A stretch of DNA of 42,057 nucleotides from Octopus bimaculoides (Eukaryota), in assembly GCF_001194135.2 (NCBI RefSeq), contig NC_068984.1:27520141-27562197 (forward strand). The letters run 5' to 3'. Positions 25,134 through 37,208 of this stretch are shown piece after piece. The notes beneath the pieces were generated by a model. That model was not told where the DNA came from. It searched no databases and worked only from the letters and a program-made list of their open reading frames with translations. Each line of letters begins with the position of its first letter. The first letter of the stretch is position 1. Made by a program: the position numbers and the translations under genes.

Positions 25134-26397
25134 AGTATAGAGAGAGAACAGAGACGAAGGAACTAGACTGGTTATTATATATTATTGAATTAGGTGCCTA
25201 CTTTTAATCGACCAGGGTCACCATTACTACTCCTCAACAGGATATATGGTCAGAATTGTTAAATATAAAGTATCCATTAACAGTGATGCCAGCAGCTGCA
25301 GACCTGAACGTGTTAACACATTGACAACAGCTGTTACAATAATTAAATCATTCATAATGTAGCCAGCAATCCTGTAGCTGAAAGTGTCCAGTCATTAGCT
25401 ATAGAATTTGGAGAATTTATAGTTAAAATGGTAAAACGTGGAAGACATCAAGTGAGCATGTGTTGCAAACAGCCGAAAACGTAGATTACTTAAAGAAATA
25501 TCCTTGGTACCATAACATTATGTGCCTTGCTGGATATCAATATAGAATTTAATCTTTAAATTTGGTCACACTGGATATTACATTTCACACATTTTTGTGA
25601 TTTCGAAATAATATATCTAAAAATACATTCAAGGAGATCTTGATAATTTATTTATCAAACTCTCATACAGGGACATACAAACACATAATAACATTATTTA
25701 AATGGAGACTATGATATTTAGTTCAGTGAAACAAAAGAAAAAGAACGAGTTATATTGAAAATATAAAACTCATTAGCGGTAATGATAATTGTACTCTAAA
25801 GCGATGGAAATAACTCCGAAATTAAAATTCATTGAAGTCATTGAATGTGAGTATGCTGTAAGGAGTGAGTTCGATCTCGTCTGAATTATGTGACCATTTC
25901 TTTTGTGTGCAGTTTAATTAGCCACCTTCTGAAAAACAATCTTATATTTATCAGACCTCGGATGAACCGGTCTTTATGAAAATATAGCCAACTCATCTAT
26001 TCCACTATGACACTCTCACATACATACAACACGGTATTTCACTACTTTCAACGCGATATCCAATAAACAGGTAAAAATAAAGAGCTGAACCATTGATACA
26101 CATACATACATACATGCACATTTAACCTGCTGTTCCAGCAAAAGCATAGTCCTACAACGGAAACCATTAAAAGAATAAAATACAAAAGAACACACATACA
26201 CATATACTCGTATGTTTGTAGCTTGTCTGTATGTGTATGCGCGTGTTGTAGTACGTTTGTATACGTATTACGCGTATGAGTGTATGTGTGTTCGCATTAA
26301 GGGTTCTGCTCCTTATGTGTGCTTACTTGTTGATTGATACTGTGCCAAAAGAAGTGAAATGCTACATTGAGTGTACATACGTATATATATGTATATC

Positions 26398-26520
26398 TAT
26401 ATTTATTACTGGTGAAGGCCGGTTTATAGGGTTACCCAGGGTTTCTCGCTATAAAGGGTACCTTTATGGCGAGAAACCCAGGGTAACCCTATAAACGGGC
26501 CTTCACCAGTAATAAATATA
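26398..26520. repeat. 123-bp near-perfect foldback palindrome (MITE-like)
   Basis: 60-bp arms pair around a 3-nt GTA loop with two mismatches (G/G, A/A) and one G-T wobble. The core CTGGTGAAGG...CCTTCACCAG (26409-26509) is flanked by TA. Confidence 0.95.
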
Positions 26521-26589
26521 CACTGCTCCACTTCTTAGAGCGTGCTTCTTCTCTTGATTTGTTTTTCTAAAACAAAGAACAAAAACGTT

Positions 26590-26750
26590 ATGTACATACA
26601 TATATATACACACACATATATATATATATATAAACATATATAAGCATATATATACACACACATATATATATATATATATACACACACACATATATATATA
26701 AACATACATAAGCATATATATATATATATCTGTATATGTGTGTATGTATG
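26590..26750. repeat. Compound (TA)/(CA) microsatellite
   Basis: Directly visible. Confidence 0.9.
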
Positions 26751-28529
26751 TATTGTTCGAGAAAGAGCTCCTTTTATACATGTACTAATAACACGGTTGC
26801 ATTTTTATTTTATCATTTTATTAAGATTACTAACATTTATTTTTTTTATTTCCCTATGAAATTCTTGCGGTTCGTTTGGAACTGTAACATTAGCAAAACC
26901 ACTTTTAATGTTTCTAGTCTTTCACACACACTTATCTTTAGGTTAGTGTTGTTGGTCTGTTCTGTTGCAGCCTTATACTAGCTAGAGCAATAATATTGTT
27001 TAAAATACCATCGGAATTTGATTTTCTTTTTACCGCTAATTCATACGTCAGTACTGAGATGTTTATTTTAGTTTATAATTTGTATAGATCATCCGCGTGT
27101 TAATTTTAGTGCTGTGCTGTCTCATGAGTATTTTTGCCAGTAATAATTGTCTATATTTGAGAGGAATTCAGTACAGGATAATGTATTGGCTATTAATGTT
27201 TTCCCATCTAGTTTTGTTTGTAATGTATCATGTAGCGCATTATAAATTGCTGGTTGTAGTAGGCGCTTCGTAAAGTATCGTAGTTGTGTGTCCAGTATAA
27301 GAGCTGGGGGCCTTGAAATTTACGGATTGGACGCTTACACACATTCATACACATGCGCACGTGTATGCATGTGTGTAGGCATGTATGTATACACACACTC
27401 ACACACGTATATACTAGGAAGTTGATGGTTATGGCCGGTGAGAGAGTTTCGCAACTTTAAAGCGCTTAACCGTCGTACAGCCAACTCCTCGGGCTCAAAT
27501 GACCGAAAGCACATAACGTCTCTCACACACACATACAAATACACATGTGCAGGTGTGTATGTGTAACTTCAAAGTCAATAAATATATAACTTTAACTGTT
27601 ATATTTGTCAAATTAATACAATACTCTGTGTGTGTGTGTGTGTGTGTAGCATATTTGCGGTTTAGAGGCTTAGGTATTGCTAATAAGATTTTTGATTATA
27701 ATGTTCTTTTAGTACAAGATAACAATAACAAAAATAATGATAGAAACGACGATACATGGAATTTACCTTTGGTGTATTCCATTTTGTCCTGTTTTATAGA
27801 TTTGTTGTGTTTAACTATTGAAGAGTATTAATAAAAAAAACACTTTATATACATTTTAAGTTTATTCTCAATGAATGCAGTCTCTTACGTATTTACTACA
27901 GTGTATTACCGTCTGTATTGTTTTGCTGGCCTAGTCTTTTAGCTTGACAAAATACCGTTTGTTGACAACTGTTTTTCACCTGTAGATTTCTTTATCTAGT
28001 GCTTTGTTCGTGGAGAATGTAAATACGGTTCTACCCAGGCAATATTGTCAGTATTTTGCAACTGTGAGTACATTCAATGTTTCCTAGTAAGTACAGGAAT
28101 TTGTTTCTGACTTTGGTGCATATGCATCTGATTTGTCTGGTATTTTGGAGTTTTATGCTTATTTTTTTTCCTGTGTATAAAAACACGAATTATTTTGTTT
28201 CCTAGGATAGTTGTCTTGAAGATAAACGATAATTTTGCATGTTTTTTATATATTTTTTTTATATTGCTTTATGCGTCGGACTTGATCAGCCAGTAAGTCT
28301 TGCTTTCAAATCATTTATGTCTAAATCCACCCAACACGCATTTATATATTTTTCATTTACATATATACACACGTTTGTGCGTGTGTATGCATATAAAGAT
28401 GGGTGATAAAAAATGACGGTTTCTTATTAATAAAGGATAACAATCCTAAATTGATCCTTGTGCACCATTCATTGATTTCAAATGATATTGAAATCAGTAA
28501 TATAATTTATAATTTATCAAAACAATCAA

Positions 28530-29315
28530 ACAATTTAGCGCGGATAAGAACGCAGAACCATATATGATTACTGCTCTCCACTTATGTCAGGTAAGTGTCA
28601 CAGTACAGTTGCTTAAAAACAGATCTTCGGGACTATTTGGTATTCTTAGTGAAGTCTGTATAAGACAATCCTAAATAGTTGATGATAAAAATTTGGAGTG
28701 TTATTTAGTAAATGTTTTACTAAAATCGAATATATAGAAAAAGTAGCGTCAAGAAGTGAACTTGATTCTCAATGATTTAAAGACAAAGCAATGTGTTTTT
28801 TTTTTTGTATTTCTGGGATTATGTTAAAAGAATATTTCTGCGAAGAAATATATACATTCAATTTTATTGGTTAAATAAGTACAACGGAATAAAGGATACT
28901 TTTACTTTCGTAGAGGACCGTTTGAAAATACTGACCTGTGATTTGAATAACAGATTTTCCAAATTAAAAAAAGCATTCAACTCATTCATTACTAGTGAAC
29001 TTTTCTGAAGTGGGTATGAAATATCAAGAACGGTGTTCTGAAATACAAAACGATGAATTGAATGTGTTAAAAATATATTTAAAGCAAAAAGAACGCTGAT
29101 ATATCTCTGGTATAAGACCTAGACTAATGTTTGTCAAGAGAGATACAGTTGCCATTCTAATCTTTATATTTAGTGGAATACCGTTTTAGCGATGTAAGTA
29201 ACTGTAGAAAAAAAGTATGCGTAAAAGTGAGAAGACTTAATGACTGAAGCTAAGGTAGTGCCTGAAATAAAAAAAAAACATATGTAATAAACATCAAACT
29301 CAAGGATCTCACTAA
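28530..29315 (+). pseudogene. hAT (Charlie/Buster-like, FAM200/SCAND3-type) transposase C-terminal remnant
   Basis: Ordered fragments: CYLVNVLLKSNI*KK*RQEVNLILNDLKTK, QFYWLNK, VEDRLKILTCDLNNRFSKL, SEIQNDE, LPF*SLYLVEYRFSDV (hAT dimerisation-domain motif SYLVExxFS) and terminal KHQTQGSH* (29289-29315). Confidence 0.8.
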
Positions 29316-29589
29316 CTAGAAATTATCGAACTTTGAATTTGATGTATTTTTACCAAATATCATAAACTTTAAGTGGTATTATTGATTAAATTGCTTGTTT
29401 ATATAAAAATAAATTGTAACTTTTGAACTAAAAATTTCCATTTAAGGAAATAGTATATTATTTTCAATCTCAAGTTGTTTTTTTTTTTTTATTCACATTT
29501 GATATAACTTGTCTTGAATGCACTCATATTGTTGGAATTTAAAATTATAACATTGTGATACGAAATTTGTTTTTATGTTAATAATGGAG

Positions 29590-29830
29590 AAAATATAAAT
29601 CATTTGAGGAGTCACAGGCGAGGCATGATCAAAAGATGTGAAGAACGACTGGTTTAAAGGACTGGGATTGGAGATAAATGTCTGAGTGAAATATGTTTTA
29701 TGAAATGAAGTGGAGATGACAAGCAGAAGATAAACGAATGAATCAGTTAAGATGGCTTGGCTGAGGAGGTGGTGCAGAGCTAGGTATTCCAGAAAAGGTG
29801 ATATCTTTAAAATAGCATTAGAAACGATTG
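29590..29830 (+). mobile_element. Possible highly degenerate RTE-like LINE 3' fragment
   Basis: Fragments LRSHRRGMIKRCEERLV*RT and SKDVKNDWFKGLGL resemble the RTE C-terminus only weakly. Confidence 0.3.
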
Positions 29831-31214
29831 AATCAAGATATAACATGTCCTGGCCTTAATTCGTTCACGAGAAAGTGCTTCCAAATTAATATAATTTCAT
29901 TTGTGCAGTTGTTGCAATGTAGAATGTGTTAATGGGTAGTAGCCTCTTCGTCTCGATTAGTAGATAGGATTATGGAGGTGCTCTTCTGAGTTACATACGA
30001 TAATAAACTGCTGAGAGCTTAAGTACTCTCGTAAAACAAAGTCTTAACCCTTGAGAGGCCGCTTTTAGTGAAATACCTTTGGAGGTAGCAAGACTAAGAA
30101 TTTGTAATATTTACGATGGTTTTAACTGTGAATCGTTCATGATTCAAGATGTAACTGCATTTCATTGATACAATTCTGTTTTCAGTTCTCTTTTGCCATA
30201 TAATTACGTAAGATATCTTTTAAATCTATTTATAATAATCTGACATTTAATTTCATATCAGCATTTAATTCCTTCCTTTAAGAGATTTTGTATTATTCAC
30301 AGAATAATTTTTAAGGAACGAGTGTTAGATATGTGCGAATGCTTATGATTGATTCATCTACAAATGCATCTTTGGATTCTGGCAAGTCTTTTGATTTATG
30401 CCTTCTAATATTGTCAAAATAAATAGCGCATTTCTAACCTCAAATTTGTTACAATATAAAATAAATTATAACATTCAAAATAGGACTGTAGAAAAGAGAA
30501 AAAATCTTATTTTCGTGTTATTTAGCTGTCATCTATTGTCTTTTTATATAAATCACTGTATCAAATTAAATTTTGGTATGGGGCATATATACAGTTTACC
30601 TTTTAATGCACACATACTGAAGTAAGTATTTGAATGGGAAAAAAATCCATTCCAAGTAAAATGTATCGCAAAATAGTCGTTTATCTGTAAACATTTCGCC
30701 CAATACTTTCTACGAAAACTGAAACCTGATCTAACGCAAATAAGGCCTGCAATAAAATTCTAACTGTTATATGTACTACAAAGCAATACATATAAAAATA
30801 TATGTGTGTAAATACACGCACGCACGCACAACGCACATGCACAACACACGCATGCACATATATTTGTGAGAAGTTTAAAAAGAGATTTTTCCGTGTATAG
30901 CCAAATATTTGCATTTTATACTTGAGGTACTTCAATCTCCTTTTCCTCTATTCACAGATATGTTACCATAGCTGTAAATTAATTAACTTTTTTAGAATTA
31001 TTTTTTGAGCACTATCATCAAAGGAGTTCAGATGTGAAAAGTGAGACACGTGTTTTAATATTAAAATTATTGTGCACAACAACCATATCTGCGTAATTTG
31101 CTGATCTAATATCAAGATAAATAGGGCATGAGCTTGCAGGTGGGGTCCAGATAGAATTTTCATCAGGCCCACTTGCCCATCCCGATCAGAAAGTCCCTGA
31201 ATAAGGTGATGGAC

Positions 31215-31244
31215 GAAACAAGATGATATATATCATCTTGTTTC
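31215..31244. repeat. Perfect 30-bp palindrome
   Basis: GAAACAAGATGATAT|ATATCATCTTGTTTC. Confidence 0.95.
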
Positions 31245-31677
31245 ATTCATTAGAGAAAGAAATGTATCTATGCACACATACATACATGCAAGAATGAATC
31301 CAAAATACCTCATTACAGTTCAATGAAAAAGAAATAATTCAGATTGGATGTGGTATAAATTTGATCTACCAAGACGAAACATATCCATAGTAGATATTAT
31401 ACAAGATAAATTCTTGATTTATTGAAAGTACCTCGCCTTGAGAGATGGAAAACATACACCTAATCGTAATTGTAACTGACTCCAAGTAAGAAGCATGAGA
31501 TAATCTCCAGTGGTTAAAAATCAATTTCTTCGATAAACATCTCATTAAAAATAAGTCAATCTATTTTGTATGTTTTTGCTAAAGGAGGAAAGCAATTAAT
31601 ACATGTTTATTTCGCAATGGGTGACATCAGCATAGTATTGTCCTATCATGCCTCCAATCAGACAAGAAAATTAGGCG

Positions 31678-31715
<38 letters not shown>

Positions 31716-31933
31716 NNNNNNNNNNNNNNNNNNNNNNNNNNNNNNNNNNNNNNNNNNNNNNNNNNNNNNNNNNNNNNNNNNNNNNNNNNNNNNNNNNNNN
31801 NNNNNNNNNNNNNNNNNNNNNNNNNNNNNNNNNNNNNNNNNNNNNNNNNNNNNNNNNNNNNNNNNNNNNNNNNNNNNNNNNNNNNNNNNNNNNNNNNNNN
31901 NNNNNNNNNNNNNNNNNNNNNNNNNNNNNNNNN
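31716..31933. other. Assembly gap (218 N) within (TA)n
   Basis: Run of N flanked by TA repeats. Confidence 1.
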
Positions 31934-31964
<31 letters not shown>

Positions 31965-32761
31965 TTGATATTTGCCTTATAACAGCAAGTCGAACATTTG
32001 CATGCAGTATAATAGAATTATACCTAATCCGATTACTAACTCGTTCTAGGGACAGAAATAACCCAAGAACTTGCATAATCCCTGCAAAGCATGTTCACCA
32101 CTCAAAAATAAGAAATACAAAAAAGTAAGCCACCAGACAGCAACAACCAACAGATCGAAATCCAATTTAATACAACCGACGAATTTCTCTCATTAACTGC
32201 CTAACGGATATACTATAAGTATAACTAAAACAAGTACAATCACTGAATTCAATATATTTAGAATAAATTGCTTTAAAGAGCTTAAAAAGTTACTGACAAT
32301 CTTCATTTGGTCAAGGAATGTTGATTCATCCAAAATTGCGATAATTAGATAATTCAGAAGATGGTTTAATTTAAAGTTATTAAAATGTGTGAAAATGTTA
32401 CAAGACCCAAAAAATTATTTTCACATTGTTTTTTTTATTTTCTGAGAAAACATTTTTCTTCTAAACAAAACATAGGCCTAGCTTACATAATTACTTTAGA
32501 TGAATTATTTTTCTAATCAGCATATTTTTCAATGTCTATTGCAATGCCTGGGGTTTATTCAATATTCTTAGTAATTTTTAAGGAAATCCTACGACCCCAT
32601 TGAAACGATATGCCCCTCAGCTACAGAAGTACAAAACTGTGTGGACAACACCATGGAACAATCACACATGTAAAGACATATGCATTTCTTTTAAGCGGCA
32701 CATATGTATGTGTGAGTGTGCGAGCATGTTGTGTATATGTATGTGAGTATGTTTGCGCGCG

Positions 32762-32763
<2 letters not shown>

Positions 32764-32809
<46 letters not shown>
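32764..32809. repeat. (GT)n microsatellite
   Basis: Directly visible. Confidence 0.95.
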
Positions 32810-32811
<2 letters not shown>

Positions 32812-33448
32812 GGCATTGATGAATGTTTTCTATATTCTGGACAGTGAAAAGAATAATAATTACTGAGTTAGCTGAAGGAAACATTACCATTATCTCAGAA
32901 TGATTCATTTCAATTAAACTCAAAATCTTATCGATAAGAGATCAATAAAAGCAAATGCTTATCCATTTTCATTCTTGTCAACTTATATTGTAGATTATTC
33001 TCACTTAGAATGTTTCATGAAATATTGACAATTCTATTGTAATATTAATTAAGTTTTCCAGATTTCTTACTGCATTCAAGAAAATTGTTTAGCATACCAA
33101 GCTAGTCAGTGTACATTTACTTCACACTGTATCTTCAGTGTGTTTTTTTTTAAATACCTGAATTGTAAGAAACATTGTGGGAAGTGAGTTGGTTGTTTTG
33201 TAGAAAGTGATTTTCTTCAGTTATAATCTTCGTTTAATAAATTTGTTTAAAAGCATGAATAATTGTAATAACAGGTTATTAAATCGAAACATGATGCAAT
33301 AGAAATTTGGATCTGATCAACCGTGAATTCTACAATCCTTTGCAGAGTAAACGTTTCATAGCAGCGTAGAATTCATGTTCCTTGAATTAGATCGATCTTC
33401 GTCAAGAATTATATCATTAATGTTTGTATAGTACTCTTATAAATTACA

Positions 33449-33615
33449 GGCGCAGGTGTGGCCGTAAAATTAGGAGTTCGCTTCGCAACTAATTAGTTTT
33501 GTGTTCGGTCCATGAATGAAGTATAATTGGCGTATATCTTTTAGTACAAACTCTGGTTGATCAATACATTGTGAATGGAATTTGGAAGACAGAAACTGTG
33601 CAGAAACTTGTGTGT
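33449..33615 (+). mobile_element. Degenerate SINE head (family of 15547)
   Basis: GGCGCAGGTGTGGC start...CATTGTGAATGGAATTTGGAAGACAGAAACTG, then a GT tract. Confidence 0.6.
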
Positions 33616-35147
33616 TTAAGTTTAAGATCTAAAACATGATGTCTCTTCATGTCAAGCAACAAATTGAGATACAGAAAATAAGTATCAGACTGAAAGTTTA
33701 TACTACCGTCTATTTGATTGACTAGAGGCAGTAAAAGAATAAAAATACACGACCTATATCTAAAAATCTTATTAACAAATGTGTAGTTAGAATTCAAACA
33801 TAATCAGCTCTGAGCAAAAGATAAATTATTAAATAAGTGAAGGATATATTATGGGTTGATTAATTGATTTTATGATGTTGGAAATATCATGAAATCCGAT
33901 TCATTCAGAATATATAATAGACATTTACTTTGCTAAAGTATTAGGTTCACTTTGCCGCAAGTACTTACAATCACTGTGAGTTCTAGGGTAAAATATTAAA
34001 TGGGTAGGAAGCAGATAAAATGTCTACATTGACAGCAGATAATGTTTCTAAGCAAACATATTGTGTATTATAGTAGGATTGTTTAGGCCCAATAAAGTTT
34101 ATTGGTTTTATAAATGTCATTTTATCGTTAATTGAAACCATATGCAAGCTTTTTACTGATAACTTCAAGATTTTTCGAGATTGTGTCTGAGAGTGCTAAA
34201 ATGTTAGAAGATTTAAAGAAACAAAGTTCTTGGTTTAATTAGTGTCGTTTGCCTTTTAATGTTGATAAATTCCAGTCTTTCATATAACTTTCAATCTTAA
34301 ATATTCTTATTGAATGAAGAAGTATATAATCGAAACAGTTAAGGAAAATATTTACGGGCGGGGTGATTATTGATTCATAGTAGTAGTGCTTCTCTAAGTG
34401 GTTTACTGAAACACTCTTGAAGAGTTTTTCAAAATAAGAAAAAAACACGAAACCCAAAAATAAAATAGTAAAATGTCTTGCCCCTGTCTTTCTATATTAA
34501 CGTGGACACAAAATAGAGATACCGTCCAATATATTTCTTCTTTATTTGATAGTATGTTGGGGAGATTTAAACAGTTCAAAACAGCTTAAACGTATTTATT
34601 TTGGCGAATCTATTGTTTCTTTCAAATCTTCAAATCCCCAACATGAACGAACACGAAAACATACCGTTTTAGTGTTCGTCAATAAGTTGCAAACAACTTG
34701 CACATGCAAGTGCTATCAGTCAAGAACTCCGACAGCAAGTGTATGGGGTCAACAGGAGAGAATGCGTGCCGTTTCGGGGCCTACTTCTCGACGGCATCAA
34801 TGCGCACCGGCTCACTTCTCTGATATGAGGCCCCGCTTGCTAGATAAACTGGTTATTAAATATAGCTCAATATTCGTCTAGCCATCGCTCATCGTCTCTT
34901 TTTAACCAAATCTAGTGGCTAGCCTTTTTCACTGTAGTTTGCATATCAGTCATGGTGGAATTGGAAAATTTGCTACATGTTTGACATGTGGCTCTTCGCG
35001 TTTCAGAAATCAAGTATCTTTCTACTTTCGAATGGCCTGCATATACTTTTATTAACAGGATTTCTTGGTGAAAATATCCGTATGTACTTCAATATATTTG
35101 ATACAACTTTTACTCTGGAAAATACCAATCTCATTGAGCCAATGAAA

Positions 35148-35219
35148 CTTTATAAATTGGATCTTTACTGAGGCAAACCATTGCTTTATAAATTGGATCT
35201 TTACTGAGGCAAACCATTG
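35148..35219. repeat. Perfect 36-bp tandem duplication
   Basis: CTTTATAAATTGGATCTTTACTGAGGCAAACCATTG occurs twice, head to tail, with no spacer. Confidence 0.95.
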
Positions 35220-36896
35220 CTAGTTTTCTTGGATTCCGTTTTCTTTAAATTTAATTTCTGTAAAACAGTCAAGCTGAGACTGTAGAAAGTAAATACGTTC
35301 CTGTTACATCCACGTTGATCAATATTAAATCAAGCTTGTTTTCTTGCTTTCTAATACTTTTACATTTCTAATGACTAGTTCAAAAGAGGTATAAATAGTT
35401 TAAGACCTCTAACTGGTGGCTTCATCGACCTGAAAGTATGAAAGGGAACGTTGAGCTCAGCAATATTTGAACTCTGAACGTAAAGAACGTAAGCATTTTG
35501 TTCAGCGCAATAACGATTCTCCGAGAATAATGTATATACATGCATGCATACACACACGCACACACACATACATATACTTACATATACATATATATATATA
35601 CACATACGCGCACATATAATATATTAAAGTGGCACACTAAAGTGCGATACGCAACTAAAAATCGGGCTTAATAATGGCGTCTACATTCCAGTATCCAGCG
35701 TATTACTACTCGCGGCATCAATTTTTGGATAAGCTAGTGTACGAAATACGAGCCAAGTAATAGAAATAACAATAAAAAGGTAAACAGATATGGTATCCAG
35801 TGCTTTATAGGACATACACACTTTTCAGTTGAATGCTGAAATAATTACGTAACAGTAACAGAAGCATAATGCAATCTCTCTATGTCTCTCTCTCTCTCCC
35901 TTTCTCTCTGGTCGCACGTAGCTGGCTTTGAGAGAAACATGGCATTGTTCGGAGTCTCTTGATATGCCTGTCCCCTATTATTTTATGTTGCATTCGAGAT
36001 TGTTTTGTTATTTGCAAAATGAAAAAATTTGTGCATATTTGGAGCTTTAACATCGATTGTTGCATTTATTGCAGGATACTGATGAAATGAAGTGCATGAT
36101 TAATTAATGTTTTTACACCTGTTATGTAATTATTTTGGCATTTTGGTGAAACGCGTGTATGTTCTATAAAGCATTGAATGCCATACCAGTTTTCTGCTTC
36201 TAATTGTTCTACACACACACACACACACACACACCAGAATTAATTATATACTCTTATAAACAAATAAAGTATTTGAACTACACATCTTTTACTGGCAAAG
36301 CCAGCTGCTAACCATTAGGTGTTCAGTATAACTTCCCTGTAATCTTAGCCCAATTTCTTTACCTCGTAAATTCTTGCTTTTATCTTCATACATATGTACA
36401 TGCATGCATACATAATACATACATGCATACATACAAAGTGAGAGAGAGAGAGAAAGAGAAGGAAGGAGAACGAGAGGGGAGATAATCATCAATCATTTAT
36501 AAATCCAAGACTATAAAATTTTGCTGACCACATTTAGAAGTAAATGTTGCAAAGCAATATATATTTGTGTAAACATCTGATAAATTCTAATAATAATGGA
36601 AAACGCATCTGCTCTCGTATACAGAAGGGGAATAATTTGTCTTACTTGCGGCTACATTTTGTTTTATTGCAATTCAGCAAATCTTACAGTATGTCAAACT
36701 CTTATTTTGGCAGCAGAAATCATTTGCTTCATTTCTATTAACATTCTCCGTGATTAAATAAGAAAAAAAAGAAGAAAGAAGTAATATGATGGAAATGAAA
36801 GAGGATATTTAACTTTTATGAGAACAAGTGCATTATGCGGCAAAATTATAATATTTATCTTGTAATGGACATCATCATCATCATAATAATATTAAT

Positions 36897-37112
36897 GGTC
36901 ACAAATTGTAAGCACAAGACCAGCGATTTAGAGGGAGGAGGTTAGACTATAGCTTCGATCAGTTTCTTGACAGGCACTTTATTTTATCGACCCCTGAGGT
37001 ATGAAAGGCAATGTTGATTTCGCTTGTATGTGAACTTAGAACGAAAAGAGCCGGAAAAAATACCGTTAATTATTTTGGTCGGTGCGCTAACGATTCTGCC
37101 AGTTCGCCGTCT
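36897..37112 (-). mobile_element. Nin/Deu-domain-like SINE
   Basis: The minus strand starts GACGGCGAACTGGCAGAATCGTTAGCGCACCG and contains GCCTTTCATACCTCAGGGGTCGATAAAATAAAGTGCC, which resembles the Nin/Deu domain. Confidence 0.75.
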
Positions 37113-37114
37113 TC

Positions 37115-37206
<92 letters not shown>
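37115..37206. repeat. (AAT)n microsatellite
   Basis: About 30 perfect AAT units. Confidence 0.98.

Positions 37207-37208
<2 letters not shown>

Noticed and set aside
24660-25300. EGF-like fragments (TCSASRGYTG; GIYGQNC)
   Set aside because: The cysteine spacing is incomplete and the frames are full of stops.
27960-28050. Cadherin-like minus-strand peptide FTFSTNKALDKE
   Set aside because: It is short, bounded by stops, and lacks the DxNDN and DxD motifs.
28539-28590. Ankyrin-like exon ADKNAEPYMITALHLCQ with a GTAAGT donor
   Set aside because: The spacing is one residue short of the ankyrin consensus, and the segment is collinear with the downstream hAT transposase remnant (position of the LLHTxVRWLS motif).
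30963-34460. LRR-like peptides in minus-strand ORFs (30963-31172, 33561-33797, 33983-34168, 34239-34457)
   Set aside because: These are only loose L/I/N-rich similarities in very AT-rich DNA, with no consistent 24-aa periodicity.
35148-35219. 36-bp direct repeat as a CRISPR array
   Set aside because: There are only two adjacent copies with no spacer, no cas genes, and the context is eukaryotic.
36596-36757. 54-aa ORF resembling tetraspanin TM2-TM3 (LILAAEII...ILRD)
   Set aside because: It lacks the GCCG-type motif and convincing splice sites in the right phase, so it is likely chance.
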